Assembly (NCBI RefSeq): GCF_055900595.2 | Contig: NZ_CM148325.1 | Direction: 5' to 3' (one strand) | Length of the DNA stretch: 64,000 nucleotides | Position numbers and translations under genes: made by a program | The notes under the pieces: model-generated | The model's database searches: none | Seen by the model: only the letters and a program-made list of their open reading frames with translations | Told to the model about the DNA's origin: nothing | Part shown: positions 20,274 to 30,990 of the stretch, in pieces | Position numbering within the stretch: the stretch's first letter is position 1 | Layout of the letters: every line of letters begins with the position of its first letter

Positions 20274-20570
20274 CTACTTGTAAAACTGACGGAAATAGTC
20301 ATCAACTGTCATAATGTTGAGGTCAAAATCAATATCCGGTAAGTCTAAGCATTTGAGCCTGATTAAATCTTCGATTTCACTTGCGGCTAACGATGTCGTT
20401 ATTGCGAAGGAATTTTCATTCAATTGTCGTGGTATCCCATATTCATCAGCCACGATAGAGGAGAAATTCATATCATACATCAATGATCTTAACCTTAAGA
20501 ACACTGAGGAATAAGATGATGGATAATCAAAAGAAACAACATAAGTATTGAACTTGTTTTTACCTTCCAT
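20274..20570 (-). CDS. ghoS: Type V antitoxin GhoS (sequence-specific endoribonuclease)
   Basis: Frame from ATG (complement 20568-20570): MEGKNKFNTYVVSFDYPSSYSSVFLRLRSLMYDMNFSSIVADEYGIPRQLNE... Confidence 0.85.
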   Translation of the reverse strand: MEGKNKFNTYVVSFDYPSSYSSVFLRLRSLMYDMNFSSIVADEYGIPRQLNENSFAITTSLAASEIEDLIRLKCLDLPDIDFDLNIMTVDDYFRQFYK

Positions 20571-20798
20571 AATATGACTCCTATCAATATTAAACGATCT
20601 GGGGCCGCACAACTTATTAACCCCGATCGATGATTCTCATATAGGAGATATTCTTTTTTTTTTGCTCAGTAAAGGGGATGACTTGGGACAAGAAAACGCT
20701 CTCTCTGACCATTCTTTGTTCATCCCCCTACCCTTCAGATTCTCTCCTGCATCACACCGCGGAGAGCATGAAAAATATCGTGACTCTGTACTCTCCCA

Positions 20799-21071
20799 TC
20801 AACTGCGAATATCATCATACTCACGCGTTTTATCAAATTCGTGTTTCGCAAATGGACATAATGGGATAATTTTTCGTTTTTCCCGACGCATTTTTTCCAC
20901 GACTTTCGCAACCAGCTGTTTACCAATCCCCTGCCCTTTCAGGCTTTCATCGACATCGGTATGTTCGATAATCGCTAAATTCTTGCCGGTCGGCACAAAG
21001 ACAATTTCAGCAATTTGCTTGCCCTGTTCGTCATTAATGTAAAATTTATTGTGGCCTTCGCGTATTTCCAT
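20799..21071 (-). CDS. yjdJ: GNAT-family acetyltransferase YjdJ
   Basis: 90-aa [57 protein letters not shown]... Confidence 0.8.
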   Translation of the reverse strand: MEIREGHNKFYINDEQGKQIAEIVFVPTGKNLAIIEHTDVDESLKGQGIGKQLVAKVVEKMRREKRKIIPLCPFAKHEFDKTREYDDIRS

Positions 21072-21082
21072 TTTACCCTCGC

Positions 21083-21313
21083 TTATTTATGACGGTATTT
21101 CAGCGCGCCGCTCGGGCACATATCAATCACTTTCATTACAGTGGTGACATCAACTTCATCCGGCATGATCCACGGCTTACGTTTGAGGTTAAATAACCTG
21201 CCGTTGCCACGTACGCAATTGCCAGAATGCTGACATATTGCAGTGTTGAAATAGACATCGATCTTTTCGCCGGTATAACAGCGATAACCCCCGTCCAGTA
21301 GCGCCTGATCCAT
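21083..21313 (-). CDS. yjdI: Small Cys-rich protein YjdI
   Basis: 76-aa ORF in conserved position between yjdJ and dcuS. Confidence 0.75.
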   Translation of the reverse strand: MDQALLDGGYRCYTGEKIDVYFNTAICQHSGNCVRGNGRLFNLKRKPWIMPDEVDVTTVMKVIDMCPSGALKYRHK

Positions 21314-21493
21314 GACCTTCCCTCTCTCATCAGTATGGTTTTCACTATAAGCATAGCCCCGGAATCTTCATACAGCACTGGCAGTTTCCGTTGCCAGAGT
21401 CTCTTCCCCTATATAGCCAATCATTCTTACTCCCTTTGAATTACCCGCCTCATCAGAGATAATGCTTAAGAAATTTGTCACACAAGGAAGCTG

Positions 21494-23125
21494 ATGAGAC
21501 ATTCATTGCCCTACCGTATGTTACGCAAACGTCCGATGAAATTGAGTACCACTGTGATCTTAATGGTCAGCGCGGTACTGTTCTCGGTGCTATTGGTGGT
21601 GCATCTGATTTACTTCTCGCAAATCAGTGATATGACGCGAGACGGGCTAGCCAACAAGGCACTGGCAGTGGCGCGTACCCTCGCCGACTCGCCGGAAATC
21701 CGTCAGGGCTTGCAGAAAAAACCGCAGGAGAGCGGCATCCAGGCCATCGCGGAAGCCGTGCGCAAACGCAACGATCTGCTGTTTATTGTCGTTACCGATA
21801 TGCAAAGTCTTCGCTACTCGCATCCTGAAGCCCAGCGTATTGGTCAGCCATTTAAAGGTGATGACATCCTTAAAGCGCTGAATGGCGAAGAAAATGTCGC
21901 TATCAATCGCGGTTTTCTGGCGCAGGCTTTACGCGTATTTACCCCCATCTACGATGAAAATCATAAACAAATTGGCGTGGTGGCGATCGGCCTTGAGTTA
22001 AGTCGCGTGACCCAACAGATCAATGACAGTCGCTGGAGCATCATCTGGTCGGTATTATTTGGCATGCTGGTCGGGCTGATTGGCACCTGCATTCTGGTTA
22101 AAGTACTGAAAAAAATCCTTTTCGGCCTGGAACCCTACGAAATCTCCACGCTGTTTGAGCAACGCCAGGCTATGTTGCAGTCTATCAAAGAAGGCGTCGT
22201 TGCCGTGGACGATCGCGGCGAGGTCACGCTGATCAACGATGCCGCACAAGAATTGCTGAATTACCGTAAGTCGCAGGACGATGAGAAACTGTCGACGCTA
22301 AGCCACTCGTGGTCACAGGTGGTAGATGTCTCGGAAGTGTTACGCGACGGTACCCCGCGGCGCGACGAAGAGATTACGATTAAAGATCGGCTATTACTGA
22401 TCAACACCGTTCCGGTGCGCAGTAATGGCGTTATCATCGGTGCCATTTCAACCTTCAGGGACAAAACTGAAGTACGTAAACTGATGCAGCGACTCGACGG
22501 TCTGGTCAACTATGCTGACGCACTTCGTGAACGATCCCACGAATTTATGAATAAATTGCATGTGATTCTCGGATTATTGCATCTGAAGAGTTATAAGCAG
22601 TTGGAAGATTACATTCTCAAAACAGCCAATAACTATCAGGAAGAGATTGGCTCTCTGCTGGGTAAGATCAAATCTCCGGTTATCGCTGGTTTTTTAATCA
22701 GCAAGATTAACCGCGCGACCGATTTAGGCCATACGCTGATTTTAAACAGTGAAAGCCAGCTGCCAGACAGCGGCAGTGAGGACCAGGTCGCGACGCTGAT
22801 TACCACGTTGGGAAATCTGATAGAAAACGCGCTGGAAGCATTAGGGCCGGAACCCGGTGGCGAAATTAGCGTAACATTGCACTACCGTCACGGCTGGCTG
22901 CACTGTGAAGTTAACGATGATGGACCGGGGATCGCACCCGACAAAATCGATCACATTTTTGACAAAGGTGTCTCGACAAAAGGAAGCGAGCGAGGCGTCG
23001 GTTTAGCACTTGTCAAACAACAGGTAGAAAATCTCGGCGGCAGCATCGCCGTGGAATCGGAACCCGGGATTTTCACACAATTTTTTGTCCAGATACCCTG
23101 GGACGGGGAGAGGTCGAACAGATGA
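21494..23125 (+). CDS. dcuS: C4-dicarboxylate sensor histidine kinase
   Basis: 543-aa ORF with N-terminal TM segments and C-terminal HATPase region; matches DcuS. Confidence 0.9.
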   Translation: MRHSLPYRMLRKRPMKLSTTVILMVSAVLFSVLLVVHLIYFSQISDMTRDGLANKALAVARTLADSPEIRQGLQKKPQESGIQAIAEAVRKRNDLLFIVVTDMQSLRYSHPEAQRIGQPFKGDDILKALNGEENVAINRGFLAQALRVFTPIYDENHKQIGVVAIGLELSRVTQQINDSRWSIIWSVLFGMLVGLIGTCILVKVLKKILFGLEPYEISTLFEQRQAMLQSIKEGVVAVDDRGEVTLINDAAQELLNYRKSQDDEKLSTLSHSWSQVVDVSEVLRDGTPRRDEEITIKDRLLLINTVPVRSNGVIIGAISTFRDKTEVRKLMQRLDGLVNYADALRERSHEFMNKLHVILGLLHLKSYKQLEDYILKTANNYQEEIGSLLGKIKSPVIAGFLISKINRATDLGHTLILNSESQLPDSGSEDQVATLITTLGNLIENALEALGPEPGGEISVTLHYRHGWLHCEVNDDGPGIAPDKIDHIFDKGVSTKGSERGVGLALVKQQVENLGGSIAVESEPGIFTQFFVQIPWDGERSNR

Positions 23126-23841
23126 TCAATGTATTAATTATCGATGACGACGCAATGGTCGCGGAGCTGAATCGCCGATACGTGGCACAAATCCCAGGCT
23201 TTCAATGCTGTGGAACGGCCTCGACGCTGGAGAAAGCCAAAGAGATTATCTTCAATAGCGATACGCCTATCGACCTGATATTGCTCGATATCTATATGCA
23301 AAAAGAGAACGGGCTCGATTTACTGCCTGTCCTGCATAACGCACGTTGCAAAAGTGATGTGATTGTCATCTCCTCCGCTGCCGATGCGGCAACCATTAAA
23401 GATTCGCTGCATTACGGAGTCGTGGATTACCTGATCAAACCCTTCCAGGCTACCCGCTTTGAAGAGGCGCTCACCGGCTGGCGGCAAAAGAAAATGGCGC
23501 TGGAAAAACATCAGTATTATGACCAGGCCGAGCTTGATCAGCTAATCCACGGCAGCAGCTCCAACGAGCAGGATCCTCGTCGCTTGCCAAAAGGCTTAAC
23601 GCCGCAGACGTTACGCACGCTGTGCCAGTGGATTGACGCGCATCAGGACTATGAGTTTTCAACCGACGAGCTGGCTAACGAGGTTAACATCTCGCGTGTT
23701 TCCTGCCGTAAATACCTCATTTGGCTGGTCAACTGCCACATCTTGTTCACCAGTATCCATTATGGCGTCACGGGGCGTCCAGTTTACCGTTACCGTATTC
23801 AGGCAGAACACTACTCACTACTGAAACAATATTGCCAATAA
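23122..23841 (+). CDS. dcuR: C4-dicarboxylate response regulator
   Basis: 239-aa ORF MINVLIIDDDAMVAELNRRYVAQIPGF...; overlaps dcuS stop by 4 nt. Confidence 0.9.
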   Translation: MINVLIIDDDAMVAELNRRYVAQIPGFQCCGTASTLEKAKEIIFNSDTPIDLILLDIYMQKENGLDLLPVLHNARCKSDVIVISSAADAATIKDSLHYGVVDYLIKPFQATRFEEALTGWRQKKMALEKHQYYDQAELDQLIHGSSSNEQDPRRLPKGLTPQTLRTLCQWIDAHQDYEFSTDELANEVNISRVSCRKYLIWLVNCHILFTSIHYGVTGRPVYRYRIQAEHYSLLKQYCQ

Positions 23842-24411
23842 CGGATCGCTGGTTATCTGTAAGTAATAATTATTACCGTAATGCAAAATACCCCTGGCAC
23901 AAGTTACATCGTTCATCAGTAAAACTTGTGCCAGATCAAATATAATTATCCCTCCATCATCGCTAAAAATTAATATCTCTTCAGGTGAACGGTGTTTTTA
24001 ATTTCAAAACGCTAACAAAAGTTAATTAACTATTATGTCACCCACATTATGTGTATTTTTACCCACAAATGGGTAGATCAGATTAATCTATAAACCTAAT
24101 GATATCTGCCCTGAGAACAAAAAACAGACCGATAAATATCAATAAGATAACAGCAAACAAAACATTAACATCTGCGTAGTACAAACTATAAACCCATCGC
24201 CAGAGAGTATTTCTCTCTGAAAAAACCGCTTATCACAGTGCATAAATTTGCCGCTGCTTTAATCAGCCAATATTCACTGTGAGGTATTTACTCAAGCCGG
24301 TAACGACCAAACGGATATTTAGTCAAGCTCTGAAAACAGTTCATACAAAACAGAACGTGACTGTGATCTATTCAGCAAAAATTTAAATAGGATTATCGCG
24401 AGGGTTTACAC

Positions 24412-25752
24412 ATGTTATTTACTATCCAACTTATCATAATACTGATATGTCTGTTTTATGGTGCCAGAAAGGGCGGTATCGCGCTGGGTTTATTAGGCGG
24501 TATCGGCCTGGTCATTCTGGTCTTCGTCTTCCACCTTCAGCCAGGTAAACCACCGGTTGATGTCATGCTGGTTATCATTGCGGTGGTGGCGGCCTCGGCG
24601 ACCTTGCAAGCTTCGGGCGGTCTTGATGTCATGCTGCAAATTGCCGAGAAGCTGCTGCGCCGCAATCCGAAATATGTCTCCATTGTCGCACCGTTTGTAA
24701 CCTGCACGCTGACCATTCTTTGCGGTACGGGCCACGTGGTTTACACCATTCTGCCGATCATCTACGACGTTGCTATTAAGAACAACATCCGTCCGGAACG
24801 TCCGATGGCGGCAAGTTCTATCGGTGCACAGATGGGGATTATCGCAAGCCCAGTGTCGGTTGCGGTCGTATCTCTGGTTGCGATGCTGGGTAATGTCACC
24901 TTTGATGGTCGCCATCTTGAGTTCCTTGACCTGCTGGCAATCACCATTCCATCGACGTTAATCGGTATCCTGGCGATCGGTATCTTCAGTTGGTTCCGCG
25001 GTAAAGATCTGGATAAAGATGAAGAGTTCCAGAAATTCATCTCCGTACCGGAAAACCGTGAGTATGTTTACGGTGATACCGCGACGCTGCTGGATAAAAA
25101 ACTGCCGAAAAGCAACTGGCTGGCAATGTGGATCTTCCTCGGGGCAATCGCTGTAGTTGCACTTCTTGGTGCTGATTCGGACCTGCGTCCATCCTTCGGT
25201 GGCAAACCGCTGTCGATGGTACTGGTTATTCAGATGTTTATGCTGCTAACCGGGGCGCTGATTATTATCCTGACCAAAACCAATCCTGCGTCTATCTCAA
25301 AAAACGAAGTCTTCCGTTCCGGTATGATCGCCATCGTGGCGGTGTACGGTATCGCATGGATGGCGGAAACCATGTTCGGTGCGCATATGTCTGAAATTCA
25401 GGGCGTACTGGGTGAAATGGTGAAAGAGTATCCGTGGGCCTATGCCATTGTTCTGCTGCTGGTTTCCAAGTTTGTAAACTCTCAGGCCGCGGCGCTAGCG
25501 GCGATTGTTCCGGTCGCGCTGGCGATCGGCGTTGACCCGGCATACATCGTGGCTTCAGCACCGGCTTGCTATGGTTATTACATCCTGCCGACTTATCCGA
25601 GCGACCTGGCAGCGATTCAGTTTGACCGTTCCGGCACCACCCACATCGGTCGCTTCGTCATCAACCACAGCTTTATTCTGCCGGGGTTGATTGGTGTGAG
25701 CGTATCGTGCGTCTTCGGCTGGATCTTCGCTGCGATGTACGGGTTCTTATAA
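24412..25752 (+). CDS. dcuB: Anaerobic C4-dicarboxylate antiporter
   Basis: 446-aa polytopic membrane ORF matching DcuB; long AT-rich upstream regulatory region. Confidence 0.9.
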
Positions 25753-25829
25753 ATGCACTTAGCGTGCCGCCCGTGACTGCGCGGCACGCCATTTTCGAAT
25801 AACAAATACAGAGTTACAGGCTGGAAGCT

Positions 25830-27476
25830 ATGTCAAACAAACCCTTTATCTACCAGGCACCTTTCCCGATGGGGAAAGACAATACCGAATACTATCTACT
25901 CACGTCCGATTACGTTAGCGTTGCCGACTTCGACGGCGAAACCATCCTGAAAGTGGAACCAGAAGCCCTGACCTTGCTGGCGCAGCAAGCCTTCCATGAC
26001 GCTTCGTTCATGCTCCGCCCGGCACACCAGAAACAGGTTGCTGCTATTCTTCACGATCCAGAAGCCAGCGAAAACGACAAGTACGTGGCGCTGCAATTCT
26101 TAAGAAACTCAGAAATCGCCGCCAAAGGCGTGCTGCCAACCTGCCAGGATACTGGCACCGCGATCATCGTCGGTAAAAAAGGTCAGCGTGTGTGGACCGG
26201 CGGTGGCGATGAAGAAGCGCTGTCGAAAGGTGTCTATAACACTTATATCGAAGATAACCTGCGTTACTCACAAAACGCGCCGTTGGACATGTACAAAGAG
26301 GTCAACACCGGCACGAACCTGCCTGCGCAAATCGACCTGTACGCGGTAGATGGCGACGAATACAAATTCCTCTGCGTCGCCAAAGGCGGTGGCTCTGCCA
26401 ATAAAACGTATCTCTACCAGGAAACCAAAGCCCTGCTGACTCCCGGCAAACTGAAAAACTTCCTCGTCGAGAAAATGCGTACACTCGGTACTGCAGCCTG
26501 CCCGCCGTACCATATCGCGTTTGTGATTGGCGGTACGTCTGCGGAAACCAACCTGAAAACCGTCAAGTTAGCAAGCGCTCACTATTACGATGAACTGCCG
26601 ACCGAAGGGAACGAACATGGTCAGGCGTTCCGCGATGTCCAGCTTGAACAGGAACTGCTGGAAGAGGCCCAGAAACTCGGCCTTGGCGCGCAGTTTGGCG
26701 GTAAATACTTCGCGCACGACATCCGCGTGATCCGTCTGCCACGTCACGGCGCATCCTGCCCGGTAGGTATGGGCGTCTCCTGCTCCGCTGACCGTAACAT
26801 TAAAGCGAAAATCAACCGCGAAGGTATCTGGATCGAAAAACTGGAACACAATCCAGGCCAGTACATTCCACAAGAACTGCGTCAGGCCGGTGAAGGCGAA
26901 GCGGTGAAAGTCGACCTTAACCGCCCGATGAAAGAGATCCTCGCCCAGCTTTCGCAATACCCGGTATCCACCCGCTTGTCGCTCACCGGCACCATTATCG
27001 TGGGTCGAGATATTGCACACGCCAAGCTGAAAGAGCTGATTGACGCCGGTAAAGAACTGCCGCAGTACATCAAAGATCACCCGATCTACTACGCGGGTCC
27101 GGCGAAAACGCCTGCCGGTTATCCATCAGGTTCACTTGGCCCAACCACCGCAGGTCGTATGGACTCCTACGTGGATCTGCTGCAATCCCACGGCGGCAGC
27201 ATGATCATGCTGGCGAAAGGTAACCGCAGTCAGCAGGTCACCGACGCGTGTCATAAACACGGCGGCTTCTACCTCGGTAGTATCGGCGGTCCGGCGGCGG
27301 TACTGGCGCAGCAGAGCATCAAGCATCTGGAATGCGTCGCTTATCCGGAGCTGGGTATGGAAGCTATCTGGAAAATCGAAGTAGAAGATTTCCCGGCGTT
27401 TATCCTGGTCGATGACAAAGGCAACGACTTCTTCCAGCAAATCGTCAACAAACAGTGCGCGAACTGCACTAAGTAA
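25830..27476 (+). CDS. fumB: Fumarate hydratase class I, anaerobic
   Basis: 548-aa [48 protein letters not shown]... Confidence 0.9.
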   Translation: MSNKPFIYQAPFPMGKDNTEYYLLTSDYVSVADFDGETILKVEPEALTLLAQQAFHDASFMLRPAHQKQVAAILHDPEASENDKYVALQFLRNSEIAAKGVLPTCQDTGTAIIVGKKGQRVWTGGGDEEALSKGVYNTYIEDNLRYSQNAPLDMYKEVNTGTNLPAQIDLYAVDGDEYKFLCVAKGGGSANKTYLYQETKALLTPGKLKNFLVEKMRTLGTAACPPYHIAFVIGGTSAETNLKTVKLASAHYYDELPTEGNEHGQAFRDVQLEQELLEEAQKLGLGAQFGGKYFAHDIRVIRLPRHGASCPVGMGVSCSADRNIKAKINREGIWIEKLEHNPGQYIPQELRQAGEGEAVKVDLNRPMKEILAQLSQYPVSTRLSLTGTIIVGRDIAHAKLKELIDAGKELPQYIKDHPIYYAGPAKTPAGYPSGSLGPTTAGRMDSYVDLLQSHGGSMIMLAKGNRSQQVTDACHKHGGFYLGSIGGPAAVLAQQSIKHLECVAYPELGMEAIWKIEVEDFPAFILVDDKGNDFFQQIVNKQCANCTK

Positions 27477-27598
27477 CCTCTTCGGCCCAGCGCCTGGCAG
27501 CATGCTGCCAGGTGATCCCCCTGGGCCACCTCTTTTGCGATTGTAATTTCACGCTTGCTGGTGAATAGTCAGTATTTTTCCTGACTTGCGAACTCACC

Positions 27599-28249
27599 AT
27601 GACCCGCACACTCAAGCCGTTAATTCTTAACACCGGCGCACTGGCGCTAACGTTAATCCTGATTTATACCGGCATTTCGGCCCATGACAAACTCACCTGG
27701 CTGATGGAAGTGACGCCGGTGATTATTGTCGTGCCGCTACTGCTTGCCACCGCCAGACGTTACCCGTTAACGCCGCTGCTCTATACGCTCATTTTCTTTC
27801 ATGCCATCATCCTGATGGTCGGCGGACAATACACCTACGCGAAAGTCCCCGTTGGTTTTGACGTGCAAGAATGGCTGGGATTGAGCCGTAATCCGTATGA
27901 CAAGCTGGGGCATTTTTTCCAGGGGCTGGTGCCTGCACTGGTGGCGCGAGAAATTCTCGTTCGCGGGATGTACGTGCGCGGACGTAAAATGGTGGCGTTT
28001 CTGGTCTGCTGCGTGGCGCTGGCGATAAGCGCGATGTATGAATTAATCGAGTGGTGGGCAGCGCTGGCAATGGGTCAGGGAGCGGATGATTTTCTCGGTA
28101 CCCAAGGCGACCAATGGGACACACAATCCGATATGTTCTGCGCGCTACTTGGTGCATTAACGACGGTGATGTTCCTCGCTCGCTTTCATTACCGCCAGCT
28201 ACGGCGCTTTGGCTTAATCACCAGAGCGCCGGAAGCGATTACCTCTTAA
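27599..28249 (+). CDS. yjdF: Inner membrane protein YjdF
   Basis: 216-aa membrane ORF MTRTLKPLILNTGALALTLILIYTGISAHDKL...; its stop codon overlaps the melA stop on the other strand. Confidence 0.8.
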   Translation: MTRTLKPLILNTGALALTLILIYTGISAHDKLTWLMEVTPVIIVVPLLLATARRYPLTPLLYTLIFFHAIILMVGGQYTYAKVPVGFDVQEWLGLSRNPYDKLGHFFQGLVPALVAREILVRGMYVRGRKMVAFLVCCVALAISAMYELIEWWAALAMGQGADDFLGTQGDQWDTQSDMFCALLGALTTVMFLARFHYRQLRRFGLITRAPEAITS

Positions 28250-29601
28250 CGGTGCAACCAGCCTGGCAGCCAGTCGCCGTGGGCGGCAATCAGGTCGTCA
28301 ACAAGAGCATATATTTCGTCAATGCCCAGCACGGCGGCAGTATGCGGGTCCATCATCGCGGCGTGGTAAACACGGTCGCGATTTTCCGTAAGAATGGCTT
28401 CGGTCAGCAGCGTCTGTACGTTGATGTTGGTTTGCATCAGGGCGGCCAGATGCGAAGGTAGCGTACCGACTTTGGTCGGCTGAATGCCATTAGCATCAAC
28501 TAAACAGGCCACTTCCACGCAACATCCTTGTGGCAGGTTATCAATCAAACCATCGTTACGGACGTTGCCGTAAATCACACTCGGCTCGCCAGTCCAGATA
28601 GCGTTCATGATTGTGCTGGCATATTCCCGTGACGGTTTAATATCAATCCGGGAGGCGTTCTTATACTCCTCCAGCTCTTTATGCCAGTTTGCCAATTGTT
28701 CGACGCAGCGTTTCGGGTACTCATCCAGCGGCACTTTATAACGCTCAATCAAATCCTCACGACCTGGCTTAATAAACCACGGCGTGTACTCAGCAAAATG
28801 TTCTGACGATTCCGTGACGAAGTAGCCCAGCTTTTTGAACATTTCATAGCGCACAATATTCTGGCAGCGAGTATTGCCATGAATATTCGGCTTCGGTGCC
28901 TGCCCTGCTTCATAAGCCGCCAGCAGTTCCGGGTAGAGATTCACGTAACTGCCGTCGGCGGTTTTGCGCTCCAGTTCCAGGTAAAACGCCATATGGTTGA
29001 TACCTGCGCAACGGTAACGCAGCGTAGCCGGGTCGATATTGAGGTCACGCGCCAGCTCTTCCGCCGTTCCCTGCACCGAATGGCACAGCCCTACCTGTTT
29101 GATATGCGGATAACGGGCATACATCGCCCAGGTATTCATCGCCATTGGGTTAACATAGTTGAGCATGGTGGCATCGGGGCAGATTTCCGTCATGTCCTCG
29201 CAAATTTGCCACAGGTGAGGAATGGTACGTAGCGCGCGCATAATACCGCCCGGCCCCAGCGTATCGGCAATGGTTTGTTCCAGACCGTGGCGCTTACAGA
29301 CCTCAAAATCAGTCACCGTGCAAGGTTCATAACCGCCAATCTGAAATGCCACTACGACAAAATCGGCATCCTGTAAGGCTTCTTTCTGTTGGGTGTGGCA
29401 GGTGATTTTGCCACTGGCCCCTGCTGAATCCATCAGCTTGCGCACCACAATATGCGACTCTTCCAGGCGGGTGGGATCAATGTCCATCAGGGCAATATGC
29501 GCCGTTTTCAGCGCCTCGCGATGGAACACATCACCAAGAATATTTTTAACGAAAATCGTCGAACCAGCGCCGATAAATGTAATTTTGGGTGCAGACATCA
29601 T
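28246..29601 (-). CDS. melA: Alpha-galactosidase (melibiase)
   Basis: 451-aa ORF MMSAPKITFIGAGSTIFVKNILGDVFHREALKTAHIALMDIDPTRLEE... ending ...GDWLPGWLHR. Confidence 0.9.
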   Translation of the reverse strand: MMSAPKITFIGAGSTIFVKNILGDVFHREALKTAHIALMDIDPTRLEESHIVVRKLMDSAGASGKITCHTQQKEALQDADFVVVAFQIGGYEPCTVTDFEVCKRHGLEQTIADTLGPGGIMRALRTIPHLWQICEDMTEICPDATMLNYVNPMAMNTWAMYARYPHIKQVGLCHSVQGTAEELARDLNIDPATLRYRCAGINHMAFYLELERKTADGSYVNLYPELLAAYEAGQAPKPNIHGNTRCQNIVRYEMFKKLGYFVTESSEHFAEYTPWFIKPGREDLIERYKVPLDEYPKRCVEQLANWHKELEEYKNASRIDIKPSREYASTIMNAIWTGEPSVIYGNVRNDGLIDNLPQGCCVEVACLVDANGIQPTKVGTLPSHLAALMQTNINVQTLLTEAILTENRDRVYHAAMMDPHTAAVLGIDEIYALVDDLIAAHGDWLPGWLHR

Positions 29602-29883
29602 GCAGATCTCCTGGCTTGCTTGAATAACTTCATCATGGCAGGCGAATCTGCAGAAAACCTCCGGCTTCCAGGTTGAGCATTCCCATAAACTCAGATCCTG
29701 CGTGAAGTATCAGTAAATCTGAGTTTATGGGAATAAATTACCTGAAAAGCAGAGTTTTCGGCCTCAGAATGCTCGGACGGTCCCCTCGCCCCTCTGGGAA
29801 GAGAGTGAAAACCGTGCTCCCACTCGCAGTCATCCTCCCTCACTCCTGCCATAATTCTGATATTCCAGGAAAGAGAGTCATCC
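29602..29883. promoter_or_regulatory. melR-melA divergent promoter/operator region (inferred)
   Basis: Intergenic region between divergent melA and melR; specific sites not mapped. Confidence 0.45.
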
Positions 29884-30792
29884 ATGAATACAGATACGTT
29901 TATGTGCAGCAGCGACGAAAAACAGACCCGCAGCCCGCTGTCGCTGTATTCGGAATACCAGCGGATGGAGATTGAGTTTCGCGCACCGCATATCATGCCC
30001 ACCAGCCACTGGCATGGTCAGGTCGAAGTGAATGTGCCTTTCGATGGCGATGTGGAATACCTGATCAACAATGAAAAAGTGAGTATCAATCAGGGACATA
30101 TCACGCTGTTCTGGGCCTGTACACCGCACCAACTAACAGATACCGGAAACTGTCAGAGCATGGCGATTTTTAATCTGCCGATGCATCTGTTTCTCTCCTG
30201 GCCGCTGGATAAAGACCTGATTAACCACGTCACTCACGGCATGGTGATCAAATCACTGGCGACACAGCAACTTAGCCCGTTTGAAGTGCGCCGCTGGCAG
30301 CAGGAATTGAACAGTCCGAACGAGCAAATTCGCCAGCTCGCCATTGATGAAATTGGCCTGATGCTCAAGCGATTTAGCCTCTCTGGCTGGGAACCGATTC
30401 TGGTCAATAAAACCTCGCGCACACACAAAAACAGCGTCTCGCGCCATGCGCAATTTTATGTCAGCCAGATGCTGGGCTTTATTGCCGAAAACTATGATCA
30501 GGCGCTGACCATCAACGATGTGGCTGAGCACGTCAAACTTAACGCCAACTATGCAATGGGGATATTCCAGCGGGTCATGCAATTGACGATGAAACAGTAC
30601 ATTACCGCGATGCGCATCAACCACGTTCGCGCGTTACTGAGCGATACCGATAAAAGTATTCTCGATATTGCCCTGACGGCAGGCTTTCGTTCGAGTAGCC
30701 GTTTTTACAGCACGTTCGGCAAATATGTCGGCATGTCACCGCAACAATACCGCAAACTTAGCCAACAGCGCCGCCAGACGTTTCCCGGCTAA
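29884..30792 (+). CDS. melR: Melibiose operon AraC-family activator
   Basis: 302-aa ORF with C-terminal AraC-type HTH; matches MelR. Confidence 0.9.
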   Translation: MNTDTFMCSSDEKQTRSPLSLYSEYQRMEIEFRAPHIMPTSHWHGQVEVNVPFDGDVEYLINNEKVSINQGHITLFWACTPHQLTDTGNCQSMAIFNLPMHLFLSWPLDKDLINHVTHGMVIKSLATQQLSPFEVRRWQQELNSPNEQIRQLAIDEIGLMLKRFSLSGWEPILVNKTSRTHKNSVSRHAQFYVSQMLGFIAENYDQALTINDVAEHVKLNANYAMGIFQRVMQLTMKQYITAMRINHVRALLSDTDKSILDIALTAGFRSSSRFYSTFGKYVGMSPQQYRKLSQQRRQTFPG

Positions 30793-30990
30793 AGACGATA
30801 TCAGTATCAGCCAAAAAAATAGTTTAGCCGTCGATAATAAGCAGTGAAAATAAATCAAAATAATCACATAACATATTGTTTATAAAAATGAATATTTAAA
30901 AAATGTTTGTTTTTCATGCGCTTTACAGCCCGAAAAGGCCGGAAGATACTTGCCCGCAACGAAGATTCCTTCATAACCGGGTAAGCAATG

